From the NCBI GenBank assembly GCA_036785375.1, contig JAWMAR010000026.1, positions 11,966,001 to 12,030,000 of the forward strand: a stretch of DNA of 64,000 bases, read 5' to 3'. The notes beneath the pieces are model-generated. The model saw only the letters and a list, made by a program, of their open reading frames with translations. It was not told the DNA's origin and did no database searches. Positions 38,301 to 50,475 of this stretch are shown here, piece by piece. The position numbers and the translations under genes were made by a program. The first letter of the stretch is position 1. Each line of letters starts with the position of its first letter. The DNA comes from Leucoraja ocellata (taxonomy: Eukaryota).

Positions 38301-39526
38301 TTATGCACGTCATTTTTCCTGCCAATCGCCTACTGTGAGTTAAGAGACTGTTCATTTGACCTAACCAGTGTTCGCTGCAATGTGGCAGAATCTGGAGCAA
38401 TGGCGTAAACATATGCGATCAAAAAATTCCATAGTGGAAGCTGCTAACGTCACAATTGAACCAAGGATGCCGAATCCACGAGGCAATTAGATGAACTACT
38501 GCAGCGTAGTAATACTTCTGGCTTCATTCTGAGTATACGTAGATTTGTAATTACTGTCTGAAATTCAGTAAATGATTCTGCCTTTTTTATACTATTTTTT
38601 CCAGGTAAAGAGGAAAGTTTTGGTGAACCAAATCGTCACGAGCAGCTGGTATATTTATGTTTTTATTGCAGCATGGCATTTACAGAGGGCAATGCTATAA
38701 AATAAGCGATCTGACAAACATATTCGAACCGTTTATTTATATATAGCGAACACACTTGGCCATTTCAATGATAGATTGAACTCAAAATAGATAACATTTC
38801 AATGGCCAAGTGTGTAAAACCAATAGCTTATTCTTAAAACGTATACCGGTAAAACACTGTCATTACGTTGCTTTATTCATTGTATTTGAAAAAAGACATT
38901 TTGGCTTTTGAAGCCACAGTTCTTGTAAAGTCATTGATTCATAGTACCCCCCAATTTACCCCTTTGAACATCAACTCGGCGGCCACTGTTTTATTTTGGC
39001 GATTTTATGTACATAAATGCATACGTGAATGCACCTCGTCTTTATTTTGGGAAAAAAACATTTACAATGCGACAGAAGGACATGAAAGCGTCGAGTCACA
39101 TAATAAGAACTTTTCTTTCCGAATGATGCAGGGAGCAGAAGCTGCGACCGGTTATATCGCCGCCACGCATTTGAGCAAACCCAATTGCATTCCAAAACGA
39201 AAACGGGATGGTGTGCAAACCTCGTATGGTCAGGTGAGGCTGTTTGATTAGCAAAATAGATAACAATCAAAGCACGTGAAGGCTGACGGTTTCACATGCG
39301 ACTTGAGAAGCAATATCAAAAGCTAGTAAAACAATGAATTAACTGTGTTTAAAAAAACTGCTTACAGAGAGTGCGGGAGAATTCAAGTGACGAGCTGTCG
39401 TATGCGAACTTAGCATTCACTGGCAAGAGGAATGTGAGAAAATGCACAGAAAAGGCAGAGTATGCCGAGCTACAGATAAACAAACACAGCGGAGCAGCAG
39501 AGGTTGCCTATTCAACAGTAAGATGA
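32361..39526 (+). CDS. Gene B: VJ-C1 Ig-superfamily receptor, inhibitory type with ITIMs (SIRP-alpha-like tail), 7 exons
   Basis: Exons: 32361-32415 (leader, GC donor), 32574-32894 (V), 36378-36689 (C1), 37681-37794 (TM GSAGKLPSVVASGCAVGGLFISVLIIVIWLRCRKQKNK), 38605-38648 (GKEESFGEPNRHEQL), 39132-39233 (GAEAATGYIAATHLSKPNCIPKRKRDGVQTSYGQ), 39368-39526 (RVRENSSDELSYANLAFTGKRNVRKCTEKAEYAELQINKHSGAAEVAYSTVR*). Phases 1,1,1,1,0,0. Confidence 0.88.
32574..32894 (+). CDS. Gene B exon 2: V-set Ig domain
   Basis: 321-nt phase 1/1 exon with 7 nucleotide differences from the gene A V exon. Confidence 0.93.
36378..36689 (+). CDS. Gene B exon 3: C1-set Ig domain
   Basis: ccgcag acceptor, G|gtac donor; FYP, W and YTCLITH motifs. 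Confidence 0.93.
37681..37794 (+). CDS. Gene B exon 4: uncharged transmembrane segment plus basic stop-transfer
   Basis: ccctacag acceptor, G|gtaagt donor; VVASGCAVGGLFISVLIIVIWL followed by RCRKQK. Confidence 0.85.
39368..39526 (+). CDS. Gene B last exon: ITIM-bearing cytoplasmic tail
   Basis: cttacag acceptor. LSYANL and VAYSTV fit the ITIM consensus (I/L/V/S)xYxx(L/V); AEYAEL is ITIM-like. Ends at TGA 39524-39526. Confidence 0.85.
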   Translation, partial: RVRENSSDELSYANLAFTGKRNVRKCTEKAEYAELQINKHSGAAEVAYSTVR

Positions 39527-42371
39527 AGTTAGCAGCAGAACTGTGGTTACAGAAGACACTTTCTTGCTATGTCAGATCAACCGAGAAACATAAGAAATAG
39601 AAACAGGAACAGGTCATTTGTTCACTCTCGTTTGGCCAATCAATACCGTTACTTTTGTTTCAACGCCAAGTTTCGACAGAAATATAAATCCATTGATTGC
39701 TCTAAGACCTAAAACTCGTTCGCCCTCTGTTTTAGATGCATTAAATGACTCAGCATGATGCGGTAACTCCCGTGAATTCAGTGTTTTCCTGATGAAAATA
39801 AAATTCTTCCTATTTCTGTTTGAATGACTGCCTCCATAATTTTGAACTATGCTATCTCTTTCATCGCATCAAACTCGTGGGACGTATTAACTCAATTCCA
39901 CCATGGACACCCTCCAGAGAACACTGCAGATTTCAATGAGATCAGTTTTAATTATTTTACCCTCCAGTGACTACCGGCCCTGTCTGTTTAATTTCACGTC
40001 ATAACATAAACCTGCCCTCCTAGTGCGCCAATGAATATTCACTAAATTCCTTGTAGGCAAGTATATCTTCCTTGGAGGAAAACATAAGAATTCAACGCAC
40101 TTTACCAGATATAAAGCCGTGTATAAATCATTTGTGTTTAAGAAGGAACTGCAGATGCTGGAAAACCGAAGGTACACAAAAATGCTGGAGAAACTCAGCG
40201 GGTGCAGCAGCATCTATTTCGGGCCGAAACGTTGCCTATTTCCTTCGCTCCATAGATGCTGCTGCACCCGCTGAGTTTCTCCAGCATTTCTGTGTACCGT
40301 GTATAAATCACCTTGCATTAACGTCCAGCAGACCCTTCTTATTCACCAACTGAATTTGCATATTATCTTATTTGTGATTTGCATATACGGACGATAGACC
40401 GGTCCGAACCCCAACATGCTTTTCTCAACCATCCATCATTTTGAAATGCCACCTTCCTATTTTTAATCCAAAGTAGATGAGCTCACGTGCATCGCGATAT
40501 TGTTAGCCTTCCATATACTTGCTTATTCTATATCCCATACAAAATCTGCAATTCCCTCATATTCCATGATTCCTTCTAATTTAATATTTATTGTTAGTAA
40601 TCTTAAATGTCTTGCACCTGACCCCCTTATCCAAATCAATGATGTACGTTGCGAAAAAAATGGCATCGGCACGGAACGGTGCAGGACCCATTCATCACGT
40701 TTCCCCAACCCCGAAATATGCTCTTCCATCACAAAATTTGACTCCAGCCTGATAACCAATCATTGTCTCATTGCAGATTCATAATCAAAATACTGGCCGT
40801 GCTAATTGTAATTAACAGTCTCTTTAATGGAATACATTGAAAGTCCACCGTCAGCCCAAAGTCAACACATCAGCAGATTTCCGTTTATCGATTCTACCAA
40901 GAAAGATATTGTCCAGAAGTGCTTTTTTAAAATTCCAAGTTGGCTTTCATGTTGACTCTGCCCAATATATTTAATACAATCATTATTTTAGTATTTCACC
41001 TCAATATATAGTTTGTAATATCTTACATGGAGAAGTGTTATATCCGGGGTGTTGCCGAAATGTTGTCATTTTGGCTTTTTATTGAAGCAGTTTTAAATAT
41101 GTTACCATAATGTGAATTTCATAATCTATTATGCAAATCCCTCGGCCCGTGTTACGTTAATAGCCACGCAGTCGCCCAATATCTACTTAACTAAACATGA
41201 AAATACATAAAATATTTAAAATACATTAAAAAAAAAACAAAGTTCGCTGAAGAAGGGTCTCGACCCGAAACGTCGCCCATTCCTTCTCTCCAGAGATGCT
41301 GCCTGCCCCGCTGAGTTACTCCAGCATTTTGTGTCTACCATAAACATACATTGTTTACTATACTATGCAGATCGTTGATTTGTCTTCATTTTTAACCTGT
41401 GGAACTGCAACTTCGTTCTATTGACAGAAAAAGAGAACCATACCGCAGGGAAGCACGTCCTGATATCCATCTCGCCGATATCAACAATGATGCCCCATCT
41501 AATATATCTCCATTTACGCGTTTGCCCCATAACCTCCAAACCCTTCCTATTCATCTGTGCCTGTGTTTATACAAATGAATGACTTGCGCTCATGAATTCT
41601 GACCTCCTACAATGGAATGGGTTATCGCCAATTGGTGGATTAGACCACTACAACTAAATCCTGCATTTTTAGGTCCTCTTATTTTTCTACCTATGAGAAG
41701 GATGTGGTCCATTCACAAAGTCTACAGATCTGCCGTACACAGGTTTAGCACTGACATTGCAAAAGGTTAATCATATTGTAGCGTTAAATACCAGTGACTT
41801 CAGTAGATGCACGTTTAAAAGTATTTATAACAAAGCCTAAACGTCACACGCAACAAAGAATTCTAGTTCAGGCTTCGTGCTGTCGTCTGCTATGGACACA
41901 AATGTAAATGCTTGCATGAAAATATTCATTGTTCTATTTTTATATATTGCCCCCAGTGCTTCCCTAAATATATTTTGTTTTTGTTTACATCTTTTTGCGT
42001 ATTTTGTCCTCAAATTTCCTTCACACGGCGAGATAACTTCATGTCAGAATAACTTTTCTTATCGGTTTTGGCTTTTCAAATGCTAACTTGGTTCATTTTC
42101 AATGGGACGAAGGGTTCTGTCCACGCCACCCATTAGAGGGAATTGTATAGACACAAAATGCTGCAGTAAGGCAGGGTGAGGCAGCATCTATGGAGAGAAA
42201 GAACGGGTGACGTTTCGGATCGAGAACCCTCTTCAGACTGATGTGGGGGGGGGGGGGGGGGGGCAGTATAAAGATAGAAAGTAGGCGGAGGCAGTAGGAC
42301 TAGTAGGAGAACAGGGAAGGGGAGGGGAAAGAAGGAGAAAGCAAGGGCTGTCTGAAATTAGAGAAGTCAAC

Positions 42372-45200
42372 GGGCAACAGACGGGATTCGAGGAAGGTGT
42401 GCTGCCTTCCTGGTGCCAGGATCCAGGATGTCACGGACAGATTGCAGAAAATCCTCAAGTGCGAAGGTGAACAGCCGGAAGTGGTACTGCATGTCGGAAC
42501 AAACGAAATCGGAAAGAAGGGGATGAATATTGTGCAGCGTGACTTTAGAGAGCTGGAAAAATGCTGAAACGCAGGACCACCAAGGTTGTTATCTCCGGTT
42601 TGCTTCCAGTTCCTCGTGCTGGCGAGAGCAGGAACAGGGAGATGCTGGACCTGAATGCGTGGTTGAGGAACTGGTGCACGAGGCAGGGATTTAGATTCTT
42701 AGATCACTGGGGTCTGTTTTGCATTAAGGGGGAACTGTACAAAAGGGAAAGATGCATCTTAACAGGTGGGGGACCAGCATTCTGGCAGGCAGGTTTGCCA
42801 CTGCTACACGGGTGGTTTTAAACTGAATAAGGGGGGTGGGGTGTCAAATGGGATAGTCCAGGATGGAGTTAAAGGGAAAGGGGTTCTTAAATGTGTGAGC
42901 GTAGAGACAGAGGGGTGTGAAATAAGGGTAGAAGCAATAGGTAGCAAGGTGAAATGTGGCAGGCAGACAAATCCAGGGCAAAAATCAAAACGGGCCACTT
43001 TTCAACATATTTGTATAAGGGGTAAGGGTGTTGTAAAAACCCTTGAAGGCTTTGTGTCTCAATGCAAGGAGCATTCGTAATCAGGTGGAAGAGTTGAATG
43101 TGCAGATAGCTATTAATGACTATGATATAGTTGGGATCACGGAGACATGTTTCCAGAGTGACCAAGGCTGAGGGCTGAACATCCAGGGATATTCAATATT
43201 CAGGAGGGATAGACAGAAAGGAAAAGGAGGTGGGGTAGCATTGCTGGTTAGCGAGGAGATTAACGCAATAGAAAGGAAGGACATTAGCTTGGAGGATGTG
43301 GAATCGATATGAGTAGAGCTGCGAAACACTAAGGGGCAGAAAACGATAGTGGGAGTTGTGTACAGGCCACCTAACAGTAGTAGTGGAATTAGGGATGGCA
43401 TCAAAGAGGAAATTAGAAATGCGTGCAACAAAGGTAAAACAGTTGTAATGGGTGACTTCAATCTACATATAGATTGGGTGAATCAAATTGGCAGGGAGGC
43501 TGAGGAAGAGGATTTCTTGGAATGTATGCGGATGGTTTTCTAAACCAACATGTAGAGTAACCAACGAGAGAGCAGGCTATTCTAGACTGGGTATTAAGTA
43601 ATGAGGAAGGGTTAGTTAGCAGTCTTGTTGTGCATGGCTCCTTGGGCAAGAGTGACCATAATATGGTTGAGTTCTTCATTAGGATGGAGAGTGACATAAT
43701 TTATTCAGAAACAAGGGTTCTGAACTTAAAGAAGGGTAGCTTTGAGGGTATGAGACGTGAATTGGCCAAGATAGACTGGCAATTGATTCTTAAAGGGTAG
43801 ACGGTGGATATGCAATGGAAGGCATTTAAAGACTGCATGGATGAACTATAACAATTGTTCATCCCAGTTTGGCAAAATAATAAATCAGGGAAGGTAGTGC
43901 ATCCATGGATAACAAGAGAAATCAGGGATAGTATCAAAACAAAAGATGATGCATACAAATTAGCCAGAAAAAGCAGCCAACCAGAGGACTGGGAGAAATT
44001 CAGAGTACAGCAGAGGAGGACAAAGGGCTTAATTAGGAAAGGGAAAGTAGATTATGAAAGAAAACTGACAGGGAACATAAAAACTGCAAAAGCTTTTATA
44101 GATATGTGAAGAGAAAAAGATTAGTTAAAACAAATGATGTAGGTCCCTTGCAGTCAGAAACAGGTAAATTGATCATGGGGAACAAGGACATGGCAGACCA
44201 ATTGAATGACTACTTTGGTTCTATCTTCACTAAGGAAGACATAAATAATCTGCCGGAAATAGCAGGGGACCGGGGGCAAATGAGATGGAGGAACGGAGTG
44301 AAATCCAGGTCAGCCGGGAAGTGGTGTTAGGAAAATTGAATGGATTAAAGGCCGATAATCCCCAGGGCCAGATAGGCTCCATCCCAGAGTACTTAAGGAA
44401 GTAGCCCCAGAAATAGTGGATGAATTAGTGATAATTTTTCAAAACTCTTTAGATTCTGGAGTAGTTCCTGAGGATTTGAGAGTAGCTAATGCAATCCCAC
44501 TTTTTAAAAAGGGAGGGAGAGAAAAAACAGGGATTACAGACCAGTTAGTCTAACATCGGTAATGGGGAAACTGCTAGAGTCAGTTATTAAAGTTGGGATA
44601 GCAGCACATTTGGAAAGTGGTGAAATCATTGGACAAATTCAGCATAGATTTATGAAAGGTAAATCATGTCTGACGAATCTTATAGAATTTTTCGAGGATG
44701 TAACTAGTAGAGTGGATAAGGGAGAACCAGTGGATGTGTTATATCTGGACTTTGAGAAGGCTTTCGACAAGGTCCCACATAAGAGATTAGTGTACAAACT
44801 TGGGACGACAGATGGCTCAATGGGCTAAGTGTTCGGCTGGCGACCGGAAGGTAGCTGGTTCGAATCCCGCTTGTAGTGCATACTGTCGTTGTGTCCTTGG
44901 GGCAAGACACTTCACCCACCTTTGCCTGTGTGTAAATGTAATGTAATTATGTGAAGCACTTTGGGGTCAATGCAAGTTGACTGAAAATGTGCTATATAAA
45001 TAAGATTATTATTATTATTATATATTATTATATTATTAAAGCACACAGTATTGGGGGTTCAGTATTGATGTGGATAGAGAACTGGCTGGCAGACAAGAAG
45101 CAAAGAGTTGGAATAAACGGGTCATTTTCACAATGGCAGGCAGTGGCTAGTGAGGTACCGCAAGGCTCAGTGCTGGCACCCCAGCTATTTACAATATATA
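42372..45200 (+). mobile_element. Degenerate CR1 LINE (ORF1 esterase part plus ORF2 endonuclease/RT)
   Basis: Fragments VVISGLLPVP..LNAWLRNWC, GVVYRPP, MGDFN, DFEKAFDKV; multiple stops and frameshifts. Confidence 0.9.
44802..45037 (+). mobile_element. tRNA-derived SINE with L2-type 3' tail, inserted into CR1
   Basis: Box A tggctcaatgg, box B ggttcgaatcc; gtgaagcactttgggg..gtgctatataaataa plus (ATT)n tail. Splits the CR1 sequence aaactt|aaagcac. Confidence 0.75.
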
Positions 45201-45429
45201 CTAGACTAAGTGGGACCTGTTGGGTCCCATGTTCACATGGGAGGGCTGGTCCCCCGACGCAATATGCCATCTCTCCACCAATTCCAATATTGGTGGCCAA
45301 TGGGGGGGGGGGTTCTGGAGTGCTGGTATGGGTTCTTTGGGTGGCAGCTCAGTCCCTCAAGCCTGATCTGTTGGCAGCTCACTCACGGCTGGTGGGCTGG
45401 CAGTTGACTCATGACTATTCCTTGAAATT

Positions 45430-45875
45430 CCATTTCAAGCAGGTTGCAAGGCCACCAAATTAAAATCCATGTTCCTACCATTTCAAGCAGGGTGCAAGGC
45501 CACCAAATTCAAGTGCAGTTTCTTACCACTATTAGTAGGGTGCAAGACCACCAAATTTAAGTGCAGTTTCCACCACTTCAAGCCGGGTGCAAGGCCACCG
45601 AATTCAAGTGCAGGTTCCTACAACTTCAAGCAGGGTGCAAGGCCACCAAATTCAAGTGCAGTTTCATACCACTTCAAGATGGATCAATGGCCACCAAATT
45701 CAAGTGCAGTTTCATACCACTTTCAGGAGGGTGCAAGACCACCAAATTCAAGTGCAGTTTAATTCCACTTCAAGCAGGGTGCAAGGCCACCAAATTCAAG
45801 TGCAGTTTCATTGCATTTCAAGCAGGGTGCAAGGTCAGCAAATTTAAATGCAGCTTCATACCATTTCATGAAGGG
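45430..45875 (+). repeat. 48-bp minisatellite (~9 units)
   Basis: Unit ttcaagcagggtgcaaggccaccaaattcaagtgcagtttcataccac. Confidence 0.9.
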
Positions 45876-46257
45876 TGAAACCACCATAAAGCCACACAAA
45901 ACACCAAATTCATAATTCAGTAGACATTCAATGTGTTCAGTTGATTCACAGCTCAGACAGAGTGGTGACCTCTCCCTCCCCATCATGCAGAGACTGAGCC
46001 ACACCCACATTTCTGGGTTTTATAACCCCTCCCCCTCCCACCGGAAAAGGTGTGGCTTTCATGGGGTGATTGACAGGAGAGAGATTCTCAGCATTCTTTA
46101 AACACTAATAACACTTTTATTTTTAATTGATGGGAATTCTCTGCACCTGCTCAGCGAAGGGGGACTGCGTAACTTGGCCAAAACTCACAGACATAAGTGG
46201 TAGCGTTTTTATTAAAAAAACAATATAGAGTGCAAACTGGAAGTAAGTGCATTTGCA

Positions 46258-47780
46258 TTAGTGCCTTTTAACTTCAAGCCAAAGCACCCAAGCCGCCATT
46301 TGCAGTAAGTAGTGCCTTTCAACTTCAAGCCAAAGCACCCAAGCCACCATTTGCAGTAAGTTGTGCCTTTCAACTGCATGTCACCATTTGCCGTAAGTAG
46401 TGCCTTTCAACTTCAAGCCAAAGCACCCAAGCCACCATTTGCAGTAAATAGTGCCTTTCAACTTCAAGCCAAAGCACCAAAGCCACCATTTGCAGTAAGT
46501 TGTGCCTTTCAATATCAAGTCAAAGCACCCAAGCCACCATTTGCAGTAAGTAGTGCCTTTCAACTTCAAGCCAAATCTGCCGAGCCACCATTTGCAGTAA
46601 GTAGTGCCTTTCAACTTCAAGCCAAAGCACCCAAGCCACCATTTGCAGTAAGCAGTGCCTTTCAACTTCAAGCCAAAGCTCCCAAGCCACCATTTGCAGG
46701 CAGTGCCTTTTTACATCAAACAAACCATATTTTCATTTCCAAACCACATTAAGGGGACTCACAGCTGTGTAGACATTGATTCAGTGTTATTCGGAGCTCA
46801 GAGAGACGTGCCCCTTGGCTTCATCCATCTTGCAGAGACTGAGTGAGGCACACCACTTCCTGGTTTTATAGTCCCTCCCCTCCCTCCAGCAGGGGCAGCA
46901 GAGAGAATAGTGCCTTTCATCTTCATGCCACCATTTGCAGTAAGTAGTGCCTTTCAACTTCAAGCCAAAGCACCCAAGCCACCGTGTGCAGTAAGAAGTG
47001 CCTTTCAACTCAAGCCAACTCACCCAAGCCACCATTTGCAGTAAGTAGTCCCTTTCAACTTCAAGCAAAGCACCCAAGCCACCATTTGCAGTAAATAGTC
47101 TTTCAACGTCAAGCCAAAGCACCCAAGCCAGCATTTGCAGTAAGTAGTGCCTTTCAAATCCAAGCCAAAGCACCCAAGCCACCATTTGCAGTAAGTAGTG
47201 CCTTTCAACTTCAAGTCAAAGCACCCAAGCCACCATTTGCAGTAAGTAGTGCCTTTCAACTTAAAGCCAAAGCACCCAAGCTACCATTTGCAGTAAATAG
47301 TCTTTCAACTTCAAGCCAAAGCATTCAACGTCAAGCCAAAACACCCAAGCCACCATTTGCAGTAAGTAGTGCCTTTCAAATTCAAGCCAACGCTCCCAAG
47401 CCACAATTTGCAGTAAGTAGTTAGTGCCTTTCAACTTCATGCCAACATTTGCAGTAAGTAGTGCCTTTCAACTTCAAGCAAATGCACCCACGCCACCATT
47501 TGCAGTAAGTCGTGCCTTTCAACTTCAAGCCAAAGCACCCGCCACCATTTGCAGTAAGTAGTGCCTTTCAACTTAAAGCCAAAGCACCCACGCCACCATT
47601 TGCAGTAAGTAGTCCCTTTCAACTTCAAGCCAAAGCACCCAAGCCACCATTTGCAGTAAGTAATGCCTTCCAACCTCAAGCCAAAGAACCCAAGCCACCA
47701 TTTGCAGCAAGTAGAGCCTTTCAACCCCAAGCCAAAGCACCCAAACAGCCATTTGCAGGCATTGCCTTTTTACTTCAAAC
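46258..47780 (+). repeat. 51-bp minisatellite in two blocks
   Basis: Unit gtgcctttcaacttcaagccaaagcacccaagccaccatttgcagtaagta. The blocks are separated by a spacer at ~46715-46908 that recurs at ~47775-47963. Confidence 0.92.
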
Positions 47781-49049
47781 AAACCATATTTTCATTTTCA
47801 AACAACATTAAGGGGACTAACAGCTGTGTAGACATTTGTTCAGTGTTATTCAGACAGAGGGACGTGACCCTTGGCTTCATCCATCTTGCAGAGACTGAGT
47901 GAGGCACACCACTTCCTGGTTTTATAGTCCCTCCCCCTCCCTCCAGCAGGGGCAGCAGAGAGAATGGTGATTTTTTTAAAAACATTAATATATCTCTGAT
48001 TTATCATCGCTGGGAAATATGTTGTATTATAATATTTTGCAATAATGTTGTTGTGGCATACAATTTAAGCACTACACACTTGGCGGCTGGGCACTGACGT
48101 CATATGAGCAGAGAAGTGCAGAAGCCATTCAATGTGAACCACGACACAAAGTGCCGTTTCGAATCCTTTTGTTTCGTCTTCTCAACCACAACACATCATA
48201 TAGATAGGCAACTGGTTGGGTCAGGACCGTTCTTCAGACTGATAGTAGTCGGGGAAGAAACCTTGAAGAAAGGTGGGGACAGGACAAAACCGGGCAAATG
48301 ATATGTGGATACGGGTGAAGGAGTCAGTATATGTGTTATCTCCTTACCTCACTACATTTTCTCTATTCATGTGTGGCATTTGTCTATTCATCTGCCAATT
48401 ACCTCCCACCCTCTTCACCTGTATCCAACTACCACGTGCCTCCCCAATCCTTCTTCCAGCCCCACCGCATCACCACCGCTACTATCAATCTGAAGATAGG
48501 TCCCGACCCGCAACATCGCATACCCACGTTCTGCAGAGATGCTCCCAGGTCCACTGAGTTACTCAAGCACCACGTCTCTCTTTGTAAACCAGCATCTGCA
48601 GTCCCATGGACCTACAACGTTTTAACAATCTCTGAAATATAAGCCTTTGCATTCTGATGTAAATATGAGCAATATGTGGCAAGTGCGAATAATTTTGATT
48701 ATCATGTCGAGTTGAATATAAAACGTTATAGAGATAATACTGTAGTTTGTACCAAATTCATTCTGCTGACAAAAGCTGAGATTCACTTTTATTTGGGAAA
48801 TTGATTCATTTAAATGTGATTCTGCAATAATAGTCTGCAGGGTCGGGGATCTCGATATTCAGAAGCTCGATTCATAGGTTTTCATTCCCAGCATCAATAC
48901 GTTTTCTGTCGCTTCAACTGTTCTTTTTTTGCTTAAGTTCTATCAGTCAATGTTGACATCTAATGCGTCTGAACTGGAACATGTGCAATTGAAAGTGACA
49001 TTTTCAACAACAAATTAGTTGGTACGTTTAGGGAGATGTTGAAATAGCT

Positions 49050-49290
49050 GACCAGTGACGTAGCTGGAGGAGTTGCTTCCTCACAGCGTTAGAGACTCGG
49101 GTTCGATCCAGATCTCGGGTGCTGTCTGTGTGGAGTTGGGTACTGTCTGTGTGGAGTTTGCATGTTCTCCCTGTGACGTGTGGGTTCCTCCGATGTCTCC
49201 GGTTTATGACCGCATCGGAAAAACACGCGGGTTTGAAGGTTGGCCTCTGTAAATTGCCCCTAGTGTTCAGTGAGTGGATGAGAAATATAG
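49050..49290 (+). mobile_element. V-SINE (HE1-like) degenerate copy
   Basis: cctcacagcg..agagactcgggttcgatcc..gctgtctgtgtggagtttgcatgttctccctgtgac core. Confidence 0.65.
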
Positions 49291-50117
49291 GATGAATTAA
49301 ACGAAACGCCGTTGAAAACAAACCTCATTATATGTTTGTTCCGAAACCAGCACAGATAAATGTTCCACTGATCGCTTAAGGCGACTAATTTGTGTTTTGG
49401 GAAGCCAGAGTGTGGAGTGTGGGGAAGGTTACAGATATATCAAGAAGCAACGGTTAGTGGTAGAAACAAGTATTTTAATATTTTCATTGTTATCTTTGGA
49501 GTATTCTCAATACCATCTCGAAATATACCTTAATCCAGGTAGCAAATAATGATGGAGACCCAAGGAACTGCGGTTGCTGGAATCTTGAGCGAAACCCAAA
49601 GTGCTAGAGTATCTCAGCAAGCAGTTAGCATCAGTGGAGGGGATAGATAGCGACGTTTTGGATGGGGACATTTGTCACTCACTCCTTCCCACCTAACTCA
49701 CCCCTCTCAAACCACTTTCCCCGACAACTGTTGGAGTTACTGCAACTCCTCAATTACTTGCAACAAGGAACTCAGCAGCCATTACAGGTGAGAAAGCCTT
49801 TTGCATTTGTTGTACCAGATGTGGCCTCTTTAACATCGGTGAGACCAAGCGTAGGTAATGGTTTCGCCAAAGCCGGCTGGAGGTCCCAGTTGCGATCTAA
49901 TTTCGCTCCCCCTCCTTACCATCTCCGTTACCAGAGCGAGGCCACTTGCAAATGGAACAGCGGCACATATCCGAATGGGTGACTTACAATCCAACTGTAT
50001 GAATGTTGAATTGTCCAATTTAATGTGTTACCTAATTACAAGATCTCTTTCTCATGTACACCCTTCTACCAATTCCTTGCGCTCTCATCTCTCCCACCAT
50101 CTCCCAATACCCTAGAC

Positions 50118-50475
50118 CAGTGGTTGCCAACCTTTTTTTGGCCATGCCCCACCTAATCGCCTCTAAAATCCTGATCCCCCCCCCCATGTGGTGATATATA
50201 ATTGTTATCATTTAAAAAGTGAACTCCGTTTCAGCTGAAGAACGATGGCGCGGTGATTATGTAAGAACTACACAATAAAGACATTTTTTACCCAAAAAAA
50301 AATATTTACTCAAAATAACATCTGAAACATAAACTACATATGTTTACCTGATGGAACATCCTAAAAAATAAAAATTGAAAATTTGGACCCAGACTTCCTC
50401 AGTCGCGCTCAATTGCCCCCCCTAAAAATCAAATTGCCCCCCTGTGGGGCGTACGCCCCACGTTGGGAACCACTG
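50118..50475. mobile_element. hAT-superfamily (Charlie-like) MITE
   Basis: TIRs CAGTGGTTGCCAAC / GTTGGGAACCACTG; perfect 8-bp TSD CCCTAGAC at 50110-50117 and 50476-50483. Confidence 0.9.

Larger units (their letters stand above)
45201..48015 (-). mobile_element. Non-autonomous Helitron-like element carrying two minisatellite arrays
   Basis: Minus-strand 3' end is a hairpin (tgggacc-caaca-ggtccca), 6 nt, then CTAG followed by T, with no TSD. The 5' boundary is uncertain. Confidence 0.6.

Noticed and set aside
44802-44875. tRNA gene
   Set aside because: Box A/B are present but are followed by a SINE body and LINE-type tail, and there is no convincing cloverleaf.
46258-47780. CRISPR-like array or repetitive protein gene
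   Set aside because: The units are head-to-tail with no unique spacers, the context is eukaryotic, and the ORFs arise only because the unit length is a multiple of 3.
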